A program made the position numbers and the translations under genes. Under the pieces are notes generated by a model. The model saw nothing but the letters and a program-made list of their open reading frames with translations. It did no database searches and was not told the origin of the DNA. DNA of 64,000 nt from Selaginella moellendorffii. Lineage: Eukaryota; Plantae; Lycopodiophyta. Shown here in pieces: positions 27,845 through 40,531 of the stretch. Each line of letters opens with the position of its first letter. Within the stretch, counting starts at the first letter, position 1. The stretch spans positions 1,253,624 through 1,317,623 of the forward strand of contig NW_003314264.1 of NCBI RefSeq assembly GCF_000143415.4. Direction: 5' to 3'.

Positions 27845-29746
27845 ATGGATTACATGGTGCGATGGAGCAGCGGAGCTCTTCCACCGGAAGAGGACTCGTC
27901 ACTCAGAGACCCTCTCGCAAATGGCGATCAGTAAGCCCGAGTTCACTCATTCTTTCTCAGCTGAGCTAGGTGATCTCGATGTGGGTGTGCTAGTTTTGTC
28001 GAGGCGGCATTGGAGCCACCGGCGAGAACTCATCGGCAGCGCGCTGATAGAGTGGCTGCGATCCTCTACTGCGTCTTGCTGGTACCTGGAAAATTCCATT
28101 GTTTTTCATGGTTTCTTTGGATGGTTACTTGTAGCGATCTTATTCCAGGCGGGCTTTGCGGGTCTCGTGATCAGCTCTTCGTTTCTGGGATTAGACTATG
28201 CGTACCTTACTCCGATGCTTTGCAGCGCCAATGTTGTGATGTATCTCTTCACAGGTGTGTGTGTGTGTGTATTTGTGCGTTTTTCTTACGCGATATTGTC
28301 GTAATTTTTCGTGCTGTTCGTCATGATTCTTTCTCGTGCTGTTCATCTTGATTCTTTTGATTTTTTTCTATTGCAATATTTCTTTGATTCTTTCGTGTCA
28401 GGCTTGCTCCAGCGCCATTTGGCCGCTCAAGTGAAGAAGGAACGTCGGCAGGTACTTGTTCAAGGCAAACTTGTCGCCTGTCAAACTGTTGGTAAATTTT
28501 TATTGAAGGGGTTTCTCGATTTCAGTGAAAGACTGGAGGCTTTGATTCAGCTGCCTTGCATCGTTATAGCGATCGGTAAGTTTTCTTCTTCTTTTTTTCT
28601 TCTTTTTATTGTTTTTATTTTTTTCTTTTTCTTTTTCCTTGGCAGGAAACATGGTTCTTCTTTTGGTGCTGTCTTGGCAGCCGTTCCTGATGAACGCAAG
28701 GATTTCTTCGTTCTTGTTGATCAGGTGGGAGTTATAAGTTCTTAGCTGTGCTTGACACACGCTGCCAGGTTCATTCTACTGATGGAAATTCTTTGGGCTG
28801 CGGCATTGATGGGGTTATACATATGTGAGTACAGTTCCTCCGTGATGTGATACTTGCAGTTGACCTTCTTTCTTTTCTCCAGGGGCTGTTCGAACCCACC
28901 ACATTTCAGACATTCAACCAGATGCAATGCACTTGCTCTATTCCGCTCTTCAGTCGCCTACCCCACTGGGTGATTTGAGGTTCTTTATCTGGTTTGCGAA
29001 GCGTGTTCACTTAGTTTTGTATGTGATGTTCCAGGTACATTGATGGTGGAAGCTTAACCGATCAGCAGGCAACGCTCCTGCGTTATCAGCAAGAAAACCT
29101 GTGCTTTTTGAGTGAAGAGGTTTGCACTTCATGTCAGCCGTTGACCGTATCGACATTTTGCCCCGTCCAGGTTCTGCGATTGCAAGAGATGTTGAGTAAA
29201 TATGAATGCTCACAAGAAGATGGCACCACGCCCCAGGTATGATATCTATTTCTCACGTGAACAACTTCATATTGGCTCAGGTCGATGTGGCACATTTGCT
29301 TGGAGCACGTGAGCAAGAACTACGTGCAGTAACAGCTGAGGTACGTGAACGTTTTTCTAACTTATTGTTGGCGACTTTGACGGGTGAAACTGTAGAGAGA
29401 TCAATTGCAAGGTGAGATACGCATGGCGAGAAGTTTTATTGCCGAGAAGGACTCCGATATCCAACGAGTGAAGACTTTGAACGATAAGGTAGATGCGATT
29501 GAACAAACGAAAACTGATCTTGTTGTGCAGTACGTCGAAGAGAACGAAAGGCTCCGGGCTATGCTGGACGAGTGGAGCGCAAGAACAGCAAAGGTAGCTA
29601 GTGATGCTCTTTCCGCTCTGTATTAAAATGGTCTTTTGTGTTTTGTTGCACACCAGCTTGAGCTTGCATTGGAGGCTGAACGCCTGTCTAATGCCGAGTT
29701 GCAAAAGCAGAAGCTAGTGCGGTCTGGTACTTCAGAATCGATGTAA
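27845..29746 (+). CDS. FIP1: FIP1 (FRIGIDA-interacting protein 1) / TMEM192 family membrane coiled-coil protein
   Basis: Exons give YIDGGSLTDQQATLLRYQQENL.FLSEEVLRLQE..TPQVDVAHLL..YVEENERLRAMLDEWSARTAKLELALEAER. Confidence 0.85.
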
Positions 29747-29975
29747 CTTGTTTTTGTAATTTGTAAATGTCGAAACTTGGATTGCCATGACGAGTGATGG
29801 AGTTTTATAGAGTAATAACGGCTCGAGCAACCGCGAGGTAAGGATCTGAAATTTAAGTGCTCTTGATTCTCGACTATGGCATAACGCAGGGGCGGGCTTA
29901 ACGTTGTCTTCTCGGTCAGAGTCACGAATACGAACGAGTACAAACCAACCAGTTTTATTTTGTTGGGTTTCAGCT

Positions 29976-31197
29976 ATGGCGACGGTGTGTGTCACTGGCG
30001 CATCGGGCTTCTTGGGATCCTGGCTGGTGAAAAGGCTGCTGGAAGAGGGGTATTATGTCCGAGGCACCGTGAGGGATCCAGGTGAGTTTGAGTTCTCATT
30101 TTAATCGTTTCTATGGACGAACTTTAAGGTTCTATCGCCTTCGTGCAGATGATCCGAACAAAACGTCGCATCTCTGGAAGCTCAGTGGTGCACAGGAGAG
30201 GCTCACGCTCTTCAAAGCAGACCTTCTCTCAGAGGGCGTCTTCGACTCCATTGTTGACGGCTGTGAAGGGGTTTTTCACGCTGCTAGTGCTGTCACCATG
30301 ACTGCCAAAGATCCGCAAGTAAGCACCGCTTCTTCCTTACGTTCTCTGAGAATGCTGTTCTCCTTTTTCAGGCCGAGATTGTTGATCCGGCTGTGCTGGG
30401 AACTTTAAACGTTCTGCGAGCCTGCAAGAAGCCATCGACTGTCAAGCGTGTCGTGTATACGTCGTCGACGTCAGCAGTGCGCTTCGCCGCTTCCTTCCCC
30501 CAGGATGCGTTTCTGGACGAGTCTATTTGGAGCTCCTCGGAGCTGTGCCGCGAGAACAAGGTTGCTAGAAGTGTACTTACATATTAATTATCCATCTCTT
30601 TTTGTAGTTCTGGTACCCGCTATCAAAAACTCTCGCCGAGCAAGCCGCCTGGGAGTTTGCGAAGTCCAACAATCTCGACCTCGTTACAATCATCCCGAGC
30701 TTTATCGTGGGGTACACGCTGCCACCAGTACCGACGGCCAGCGCAGCCGACTCCCTTTCTCTTTTCCAAGGTACGAGCAAAAACGTTTCTTTCGTTCTCA
30801 AGCTCGATCCAGGTAACGACAAACGCTTCGAGAACTTCAAGTTCATGGGCTACGTGCACTTGGACGACGTTGCCACCGCTCACATCCGCGCTTTCGAAAA
30901 CCCAGCTGCAAACGGACGCTACATCTGCTCGGCAGTGGATGCTACGAACGCGGAGCTCACCGAGTTTCTGGCCGAGAGGTACCCGGACTACAAGATACCA
31001 ACGTAAGCCATGCAAAACTTCTCTTTTTCTTTCCCTTGACTCGTTCTTCCAGATTTCCGGCCTCGAAGAAACCGTACAAAGGCTTGTGCAACGACAAGCT
31101 TGTCAACTTTCTCGGCATGAAGCTCAAGGGACTGGAGGAAATGTTCGATGACGTGGTGGAAGGTTTCAAGCACGGTGGCCACCTCGACCCAAAATAA
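29976..31197 (+). CDS. Tetraketide alpha-pyrone reductase / cinnamoyl-CoA reductase-like SDR
   Basis: [52 protein letters not shown]; multi-exon. Confidence 0.92.
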
Positions 31198-31297
31198 GAG
31201 AAAACGATTTCTCTCGCTCTAACCCTAAAGCTCGGGATTGCTTCTTCCACAGATGACAAGGTGGGAGTCTGGGCCTTCTCTTGGGTAACTAGCAGCG

Positions 31298-32473
31298 ATG
31301 GCGACGATGCCAGAGCCTTTTTGCGTGGGTGATCTTGTGCTGCTGAGTACCGAGGAGATTGATGCCACAATCCAGCCTCCCAAGTTCGTTGGGCCGTATA
31401 AGATCCAGGAGTGCTTGTCCGAGGCAAGTTTTCGGATCCAGGTGCCGGGCTCCATGGGTGTGGAGGGTGTTTTCAGGTTGAGTAGCTTGATCCGGTTTAG
31501 CAGTGGGAGAGGTCCGAGCCGAGAGACGACACCCTCGAGCGGGGTAGTGAATTCGGCTTCTCTCGGTGGTGGAAAGCAGGCGGCTCCAATCCAGGGAACG
31601 AAGAACAAGAAGGAGAAGACGCTGCTTGTCATCGGGGACAATGTAGGAGCCTCTCATTCCATTCCGAGGGACGAACACGAACACTCGAAGCAGGTTTCCT
31701 CGGAGCTTGATCGGCAGGTTTCCGCGGGGACAGTTGAGAGAAGCCAGGATTCGCGGCCAAAAACCAGGAAACTCCGGAAGAAGTACCAGAGCCCAACGCT
31801 TGCGGCTCCAACTCCGGATGCTGCTGCGAGAGACGAAGAAGGAGAAGAAAGACCTCGAGGGATTCAAACAAGCGTAAGCCGCGAGGATGGCAGTGAGCAG
31901 CAAGTTTCGTCCGAGCTGAACGGATCGAGAGCGTCCCAGCGGCGGCTCAAGCGACTGCGAAAGGTCGAGCGAACAGCAGTGTGCCGTGACAACCCGATGC
32001 AGAGCCAAGACAAGATCAAACAAGAAGTTGGCCAAGCGGTAAACCAAGCTCTCAAAGCAGAGGAGGCGCAGTGCTCGACTGATCCGTCCCGGAAAGGAGC
32101 CGAAGAAGAAGGGAAGAGAGGCACTGGCCACAACAGCAGCGGGGCTCCAGCAGATCAAGCGGGAGCCGGAAGAAGCAGCAGAGACGATGCAGGAAAGCAA
32201 AAGATGCTCAAAGAGGAGGAGGAGACGCCCGAGGATGGGACGATGGTGGTCGTGGACGGGGAGCCCGAGTGGGAGGTGGAGTCGATCCTGGAGGATCGAC
32301 TTGCGTGTGATGGGCGGAGGGGTCGTGAGTATCTGGTGAAGTGGAAGGGATACAGTGTGCAGGAATCGACATGGGAGCCTCGCGCAAATCTCACTCACGT
32401 CAGCCGGCTGCTCAAGGAGTTCATCAACAGGAAGAAGAAGAAGAGTGCCGGCAGCGCTGTGAGAGATTCTTAG
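31298..32473 (+). CDS. Stand-alone protein with chromoviral-integrase GPY/F (SH3-like) domain, charged linker and chromodomain
   Basis: FCVGDLVLL..PKFVGPYKI..FRIQVP..VFRLSSL; EWEVESILEDR..EYLVKWKGYSVQESTWEP; intact 391-aa ORF, telobox at about 31221, no LTR or RT nearby. Confidence 0.85.
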   Translation: MATMPEPFCVGDLVLLSTEEIDATIQPPKFVGPYKIQECLSEASFRIQVPGSMGVEGVFRLSSLIRFSSGRGPSRETTPSSGVVNSASLGGGKQAAPIQGTKNKKEKTLLVIGDNVGASHSIPRDEHEHSKQVSSELDRQVSAGTVERSQDSRPKTRKLRKKYQSPTLAAPTPDAAARDEEGEERPRGIQTSVSREDGSEQQVSSELNGSRASQRRLKRLRKVERTAVCRDNPMQSQDKIKQEVGQAVNQALKAEEAQCSTDPSRKGAEEEGKRGTGHNSSGAPADQAGAGRSSRDDAGKQKMLKEEEETPEDGTMVVVDGEPEWEVESILEDRLACDGRRGREYLVKWKGYSVQESTWEPRANLTHVSRLLKEFINRKKKKSAGSAVRDS

Positions 32474-32839
32474 ATCCCCCTGTTGCTTTTCTGACTTGGA
32501 AACAAGCCAAACAAAAGCAGCAACTGCACATTTGTTTCTTTTTTCTTTTATTCTCATGCACATCGACATTAGTTCCGCCATTCGCAACTGTAATTGCTTG
32601 ACATAATTGCTTGATAAGCTGTTAAGTGCTGATAAACTGTAAGCACACCAACCTTAAGATGTAACTACAGAAGAATGTGAAGAGCGTTGATGGCTGGTCA
32701 TTGAGAAAGACAGTGTACGAGAAATCTAAAACCTGCGGACCGAAAGAGAGAATTGGTGATCGCGATCTAAACCTTAAACCCTAAACCTTGGAAGTTTCTT
32801 CTCCTTAGACTATAATATAAAAGGACTTGGAAACCTACT

Positions 32840-35684
32840 ATGAAACCTTTACGAACGATGGTGGCTCTCTCTCAGGCATTCGTGCGCATCTCCTCTCCAT
32901 CTCTTGGGCCCGATCTAGAGGCAGAGTTCTACATCAGCAACGCGTCGAATCATCCCGGCTATGGCATCGCCCTCCTCCAGCTTCTGGGCGAGGCAACAGC
33001 GATCACGCAGGACGATACGTACTGCCAAGCATTGGCTTCCAGTTTCAAGAACCATGTCAAGACTCGATGGAATCCTAGCGACGAGATCACGCTGGGGATC
33101 CAAGATAGTGAGAAGGAGCAGATCAAGAGCTTGGTGGTGAGGTTGATGCTGGCCTCACCGCCGAGAATCCAGAGCTTCCTACGTCAAGCTGTGGCAATTA
33201 TCAGTAGCTATGATTTCCCAAACAACTGGAAAGGGTTGCTGCCGGAACTCGTCATGAGGTTGTCATCATCCACAAGCTATGCTTCCATCCACGTGATCTT
33301 GCGGGCTGTCAACTCTATCTTCCAGAAGTTTGGGCATGGGTCCAAGAGCCCGGAGCTGTATTCGGATCTCAAGTACTGCTTGGATGGATTCGCAGCGCCG
33401 CTGCTGGAAGTTTTCACGAAGATCGGGGCTGTGATAAAGGCTACTACACCTGTGGATGCAGCTACTCTCGAGACGCTGCTTGAGTGCCAGAAACAGTGCT
33501 GCCGGATCTTCTACTCGCTCAACTCGCAAGAGCTTCCAGAGTTTTTCGAGGACCACATCAAGGAATGGATGGGCGAGTTTGAGTACTATCTCTCGTATGA
33601 AAATCCAGCTCTCACATCATGCGAGACTGGCATCATGGATCAAGTCAAGACGGCCGTGTGTGAGAACATCAACCTCTACATGGAGAAGAACGAGGAGGAG
33701 TTTCGAGACTTCCTTCCGACGTTTGCAACAAGTGTCGGGAGCTTACTGATGTCCACGTCTTTGCAACCAGCACAAGACCAACTGGCTATGGCCGCCGTGA
33801 AGTTTTTGACAACGGTGAGCAAGAGCGTGCATCATGGGCTCTTCAGCGGGGCTGATACTCTGAGACAGATCTGCGAACGCATTGTCATCCCAAATGTTCG
33901 AAGTAAGTTTTTTTTAATCCTTCCATCTTTACGTAGGAATCTTTTCTTATGAATCACTCTCTTCTTGTGCAGTTCGCGAGGAAGACGAGGAGCTCTTTAG
34001 AGACAATCCTTGGGAATACATCCAAAGAGATATCGAGGGGAGCGACATGGACACAAGAAGACGTGTGTCTTCCGAGCTCATCAAAGGGCTCATGCTACAC
34101 TACAGGGAGCCAGTTAAAAGTTTAATGGCCGAGTTGCTGCAACGCTTGTGTAGTGTAAGCTCGGGCTCGAAAGACAAGGACACGGCTATCTACTTGATCG
34201 TTGCCTTGGCACAGAGGCAGTCGAGCTTCACAGTTGGAGCTACCACCGATCTCGTCAACGTGGAGCAGTTCCTTGCGTCGCAGATCATCCCGGCACTCCA
34301 AGAAAACGAGCTCCTCCTCCAGGCCAGTGCGCTCAAGTTCGTCACAAGCTTTAGAAGTGCCGCCTCCAAAGCTGTGGCGCTGGGACTGATGCCGCAGATC
34401 ATCAAGCTCTTGCTCAGTGACTCCGTGGTCGTTTGCTCGTATGCCGCATGGTGCGTGGACAGGTTGCTGCTGGTGAGAGACGGAGGAGCGCCACGCTTCT
34501 CCTCGGCGGACTTGGCTCCCTTCCAGGACCAGCTCCTGGCAAACTCGCTCAGTGGATTGCAGCGTCTGGGCTCGCAGGACAATCCTTACGTGATGAAGTG
34601 CATCATGAGAGTTCTATCCTTGGTGGAAGATCAAGCAGGCATGCGCCACCTGGATGGACTGATGGAGATCGTCATCCGAGCTCGAGACAACCCGGCCAAT
34701 CCAGCGTTCAACCATTATGTCTTCGAGTCGGTGTCCGTGCTCGTGAGAAAGGCCTGCCACCACCGCGATCTAGACGTCGTTATGGCCTTTGAGGGGCGGC
34801 TCTTCCCGGTGTTCCAATCCATCCTCCAAAACAACGTCGTGGAGTTCCAGCCATACGTCTTCCAGGTACTTGCGCAGCTGGTTGAGTCAAGAGCCCAGCC
34901 CATCCCCGGAGTGTATCTCCAGCTCTTCCCGATGCTTCTCGCCCAGCTCTCGCAGCAGTCGTCGGGGAGCACCCCTGCCATGATCCGGCTCCTCGAGGCC
35001 TTCTTGCTCAAGGCACCGCGGGAGATAGCACAGGCAAACCAGCTCCAGGAAGTTTGCAACCTTGTCCATGCACTGGTGTCGCGGAGGAGCACTGAGGACT
35101 ATGCCTTCTACATCGCCAATGCGGTGGTGGAGAGCCTCGGGCAGGAGCAGCTGATACAGGCAATTGATCGGAGCCTTTGGACGTCCTTCTTCTCCCGAGC
35201 CATGGGAGGCCAGCGCACTGTCAAGTTCCTCAAGCTCCTGACGCTCTTCATGGCGCTCTTCACCGTCAAGCACGGTCCCGGAGCGCTGGTTGACTCCATC
35301 AACAGGTTGCAGCCGGGGCTCTCCATCAACGTGCTCGAGCAGCTGTGGATCCCGGCTTTGAGCTACATCTCGGGGAGAATCGAGACTAAGCTCTGTGCTG
35401 TGGCGTCGGCGAGGCTTTTGTGCGAGTCGCAAGTGCTTGTGGGCGACCAGATCTTGTGGAGGAAGCTACTGGATGGCGTAGAGACGCTGCTGGAGAGGCC
35501 TGATGAGGAACAAGGACAGGTAGAGGAGGACGTTCCAGAGATGGATATAATGAGTGGCTACTGCGGTGGAGGCTATGCGCAGCTCCACAATTCCGGGAGG
35601 AAGGAAGAGGATCCTCTTAAAGAGATCAAAGACGCTAGAGAATACGTTCGTGCCTCGCTCCAAATGAAGTATCCGGGCCTTTGA
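32840..35684 (+). CDS. CSE1: Exportin-2 (CSE1/CAS)
   Basis: SFKNHVKTRW, IFYSLNSQELPEFFEDH, EYIQRDIEGSDMDTRRR, NPAFNHYVFES; one intron at about 33903-33972. Confidence 0.93.
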
Positions 35685-35859
35685 ATGTGTTAAGTTGACT
35701 AAGGGCTCAATCCAGAGGGTGATAATTTAGGATGAGAACGAAGAACTATCTTATTTTCAGTGTTGTGATTCAACTCTGTCAGAGTGGGGATTTGCAGATC
35801 CAGCTCCTCAGCAATGGCGGTGGTACGTAGCAGAGCTCTGGAGCAGCAAATGTGAGCCG

Positions 35860-36125
35860 GAAAAGATCTATAGAATTCCTTTTGCAAATGTTGATATTGA
35901 TATTGATGTTGTTGTTGTTGCTGTTCTTCCTGTGCTTGCCTCACCTATGGACTTCATCTTCACAATCATCCATCTCTGGCGAATGCATTAGAGAGTTCTA
36001 GTACCTCTGGAACATCAACACCATTATCCAAAGAGAAAAGCTCCCTTGTACTCGAAGAAGAAGAAGAAGACAATGTAATTGGAAAGTGGCAAATGCAAGC
36101 TCTAGAAACACAAATAGGAGCTGGT
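35860..36125 (-). pseudogene. Decayed paralog of the 36412-36756 secreted peptide gene
   Basis: RELFSLDNGV vs REPLSLENGV and NNNNINININICK vs NNNHIIININICR; frameshifts and stops. Confidence 0.7.
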
Positions 36126-36207
36126 TGGAGCTTGGAGGCCTTATATGGTCTACCATCGCAGACCACATGCAATCACAAATTTTAATTTAGCATAAAACTC
36201 ATGAAAA

Positions 36208-36291
36208 GTCAGGATGGCCGAGCGGTCTAAGGCGGCAGACTCAAGTTCTGCTCCTCTAGTAAGGGCGTGGGTTCAAATCCCACTTCTGACA
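36208..36291 (+). tRNA. tRNA-Leu(CAA)
   Basis: GTCAGGA...TTCTGACA acceptor stem, GCAGA-CTCAAGT-TCTGC anticodon arm, long variable arm, GGTTCAAATCC T-loop. Confidence 0.95.
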
Positions 36292-36411
36292 CATTCATCT
36301 ATTTAAACCTTATAGATCAATTTTTTCTATTCTCGGAAACTTAGCTTGAGACAAGAATTTATTTTGAGACTTTATTGGTTCTATTAATCTACAAATGATG
36401 GATCTTGTATT

Positions 36412-36756
36412 CTAAGGATCAAACTTTTTGTTCCCCTCTCCCTTGTCCTTGTGCTTTGAATCTTCATCATTCTTAGATTTCTTCCTGCAAATGTTGATAT
36501 TAATGATGATGTGGTTGTTATTGTTGTTGTTGCTCCGCTTGTGAGAGCCATGGACTGAAGAACCTCCATCTTTATGATCATGATCACCATCCACCTCAGG
36601 AGGATGTAGAGAAGTGGACGCTGGCTCTACTGCTGATGAGTCAGAAACACCATTTTCCAAAGACAAAGGCTCCCTTCTACCCAAAGAAGAAGAAGACACT
36701 GCTATCTGGAGAGTAGCAAGAACAAACACCAGAAGCAACAACAAAGCAGCCTTCAT
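36412..36756 (-). CDS. Small secreted protein / peptide precursor of unknown function (114 aa)
   Basis: Signal peptide MKAALLLLLVFVLATLQIAVSS; Asn-rich IIININIC motif conserved in the paralog. Confidence 0.65.
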   Translation of the reverse strand: MKAALLLLLVFVLATLQIAVSSSSLGRREPLSLENGVSDSSAVEPASTSLHPPEVDGDHDHKDGGSSVHGSHKRSNNNNNNHIIININICRKKSKNDEDSKHKDKGEGNKKFDP

Positions 36757-36930
36757 TGTTGTAGTGGTGGTGATTGTTGGAGCTTAATCAATGCTTGCTG
36801 ATTGTGAATGGTTGGAGCTTATATACTATGATTTAAGCTCCAGCATGCATATGCATTGCCAAGTGGTTGATCAAGATTAACTAATAGTTTCTAGACTCCA
36901 ATTTCGTAGAGAAGTTTAACAACTTAAGTA

Positions 36931-36984
36931 TGACAAGGGCCGAGCGGTCTAAGGGGGCAGACTCATGTCTCGAGTTCAAATCCT
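36931..36984 (+). pseudogene. Degenerate tRNA-Leu copy
   Basis: ggccgagcggtctaaggxggcagactca...gttcaaatcc with the variable arm deleted and acceptor stem lost. Confidence 0.75.
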
Positions 36985-37371
36985 ATATGGAATTTTGAAT
37001 TTTCCCTTGCTCTAGCTAGCATATGACTAAGTTTAATTGATGACAAAGTTCTCAAAGAAGTTCACTTGCTAATCAAATTGTTCGCATTTGTGTCCTCACC
37101 TCCTCCACTAATACTTGGACTTGAAGCAACGTTTTAGACGTAGTCAACGGCCAACGATCAAAGATACTGCCACATCAGATTTGGCGCGCCAGACTAGAAA
37201 CCACCGTTGCGGGCATTTCTGGCGCCAAAGACCGAAAGAGAGAATCGGTGCTCTTTCCACTGTGACGCGCCGATCATCGCGCTGCACGCCAACCGGCCGC
37301 GAGTTTCTTTCTTGGAGGAAATTCATCCACCTGATCATCGCTATTTGCTGCAAATCCGATTGTTACACGCC

Positions 37372-38389
37372 ATGCCCACTCCTGCCAATTTCGTCTATGA
37401 CGAGCACAATGTGCCGCGGATGGGCACCGTTCGCAAGTCCTTCCAGACAAATTCACTGCTGCTCAAGCCTCGACTTGGAGCGGTGAGTGTCCCTCTCTTT
37501 TCTTGCTTCATTTTTTATCAGCTCTCTCTCTCTCTCTCGTCCCCAGGTGAAGAAGCCCACTCAGGATCTTCCAGAGCCCAACTACATCTATGGCGTTTGC
37601 AACGATTTGGAGGCCGAGGGAGTGAGAGAAGGTAGATATTTTTTACGAACGAAAACAAAAAAAGTGAGCTTGCTTGATGCAGTGATGACGCACCGAGAAC
37701 ATATCCCAGATCCAGACGCTATCAACGGCCCCGATTTGATCCAGATGAACAGGCTCGCCACCATTGCGTGGGTTCTTCACTCTCTTTTCTATTCATTTCC
37801 ATTGTTTCTCATGTTTCTGTGGTTGGATGTTGATGTGCCACTGTCAGCCACATCGTGAAAGCTCCAGGAATTCGACCCTTCCGGAAGAATCACTACTGTC
37901 CCTTGCCAGTGAGCCAACGAGTGGTATGTTCTAACCAGAAAAAAATAAAAGGAGAAAACGATAGAGAGTTCGTCTAAGATTCCCTTGATTTGTTCCAGGG
38001 AACCCCACCTCCACTCCCCTCGGAGAAAAATCCTTATCACGTCTATGGTTGCAGAGGAGAAAAGTATGCTTCTTTCGATCGATCTTCTGAAAACAACGAT
38101 TTTTTTTCTCGTTCTCTCTTTTAACAGGAACGAGGACATGGGTAAGGTGATGAAGAACGGCTATGCCGACGAGTGGATCAAACTCCAAATGTTCCACCAG
38201 CACAAATACAACCTACCCAGGATCTGCTTCATTCCTCCAAAGACCAACAAGGCCACAGTTATGTCCGCTCACGCGTGCTTCCATCGAATGCACCCCAATC
38301 CTCCGTCTCCCAGATTCGTCCTCTCCAAGTTTAAGAACGTCCCTCACAAGATTGACAACGTCCAGCCCATCCCACTCAAGAGAGACTAA
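37372..38389 (+). CDS. CFAP77: Cilia- and flagella-associated protein 77-like (DUF4483)
   Basis: LLLKPRLG|..DLPEPNYIYG..EAEGVREV..GPDLIQMNRLA..YG..MGKVMKNGYADEW..FVLSKFKNVPHKI; multi-exon. Confidence 0.7.
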
Positions 38390-38490
38390 CGAGAAAAATT
38401 CCTTTTCTTTCTCAAGATCATCTTTTCCTTGCATTATCATCTCGAGCTGGCTGGCCCAAGATCAAAAGAATCATATCTGTAAAAACCTTA

Positions 38491-40531
38491 CTAGCATCGC
38501 GGGAGATCTGGCGGTGGAGGCGGCAAAGTTTCGTTAGCCCGAGCACCGTTAAGCACAATAAAAGCCATCGTCAACCCCCACATTGTGTGCACCTCTAAAT
38601 GGCAGTGGATGTACCAAACACCTGAAAAACAGTTGTCACATAAAAACCACCAAAAAAAAAAAAACAAAGCTCTGAAAGAAGAGAAGCTCACCAGGATTGT
38701 CAGCCTTGAATCTAATAGCAGCCCACCCTCCAACTGGAACTCCGACGGTGTTCCGTCGCGGAGGATCAAACAGGTTGAAAGTACTCGTCTGGCTCGAGTT
38801 GAAGTTGCCAGTCCCCTGCCCGACAATGTAGAAACTGTATCCATGGACGTGAATGGGATGGTTCTCGACGCCGAGGATGCTCGTATCCTGGAAAACCATC
38901 TGGACGTTTGCGTTGTATGGGATGACGAGAAGCCGGGTCCCTCGTTGCGGGGTGGTGTTGTTCGGAGGAGTCCCCGTGTAGTTGAAAACTATCGGCGGTG
39001 TGTCCGGGAAGTCGCGAGTGAAGACGCCGGAGATGTTGTTGTAGTAGGCCTGGAGGAGAGCGATGTCGGGAAGGACGAAGGAGATGTTGTTCATGGAGGC
39101 CGTGAGCTTGGTCCCAGCGATCCCCTGGCACACCCGGTTTTCACCGCACGGCTTTGTCCCGAGGCCGATCGTGAAGAGCAAGCTTCTGTCCACTGTCTGT
39201 GGGACTGGCTCCGGATGAGTCGTGTCCGCCAGGCTCCTCAGGCTGGCCGAGAAGTTTGCGACGAGGCCAGTGTCGTTGGTCGCTGGGAACGTCGGCATTA
39301 CTGGCGGGGTCGAGTTCGACGAGCCTTGGTACTCGACGATTGCTAGAGTTGGCGTCGTCGGGAATGGCACTCCCGCGGCGGAGCTGTATGGACTGGCTCC
39401 CATGTAGTATTTGGCCGTGGGTTGGTTTGTGATGAAGAGCGCGGTGGTGCTCTGGCCCGGGGTGAGAAAGATGGTGCTGGTTGTGTATGGCTTGGTGAAG
39501 TCGCCGTCGATCTCCACAACCGTGAGGTTGTGGTTGGCTACGGTGAAGAAGAGCTCCTGGTTGAGAGCAACGTTGACGATGCGCAGGAGGTAGTGCTCGT
39601 TGGGAAAGACCTTGAGAACGTACACGTCTGTGTTTGGGGCTTGAGAAGTTTAGAAGTATGCTCCAGAAGAAGAAAAGAACAAAAAGAAAAAGCTTGCCTT
39701 GGGATGAGCAATTGTAAAGTGGCCCAGGATGACCATTGATGGTGTAAGCATCTGACAGCTGCGGGGCTCCTCCCGTCAGTAAGGACTGCGACTCGACATC
39801 TTCGACGTTTGCGTTCCACCATTCCCCTGGAACAAGAACAAGAAGGCAAGAATGAAAACTTCAGAATCAAAGGAATTTACCAATCAGAATAATGTGCTCT
39901 TCTCTCGGGTAGTGGAACGGATAAGGCACTCCAGTCTTGGGAAACACCACAATCGCTCCATGCACGGTCCCTCGAAGCCAAGTATCGTGAGCGTGCCACC
40001 AAAGAGTTCCACTCTGCCTTTGGATCTTAAACTTATACTGGTATGTGTCCCCTGTTTGCAGTGGACACTGAGTGATATACACTGGTCCATCAGCCCAGCC
40101 GGATCGAATTTGCCGTATCCCATGCCTGGCCACAAAATTCGATCTTGAGTAACTAGAGATTGCTAGAGAAGCGAGAAGAAATCCAAGAACCAGTGGATAG
40201 TGATGTTGTATTGGCAATTGTTGGTCACATTCACCACCACCGTATCTTCTTCATCGGCATAGACAACTGGTCCAGGGAAGAGATTGTTCACGGCAATGAG
40301 CGACTTAGTTTTACACAGCTTCGAGACGGTAAGAGGTTGTACCTGCATGGCAACATCTTTTCTCCTTTAGAAGCACGATGGGAATCGAGTGTGACGACTT
40401 ACCAGAAAATTGTATTGCCTTGTCACAGCTGCGAGTACCGAAGATGCATTGAGGACGAAGATCCACAGCACGGCCGAGCGGCAGCAGCATTGCCTTGCGT
40501 GTCTCGAAGCCGAGAAACCATCCATCTGCAT
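38491..40531 (-). CDS. Laccase (multicopper oxidase)
   Basis: TIHW(HG), [44 protein letters not shown]; signal peptide. Confidence 0.95.

Noticed and set aside
31289-32587. 432-aa minus-strand ORF, and similar long antisense ORFs such as 49075-50082
   Set aside because: Antisense shadows of GC-rich real genes
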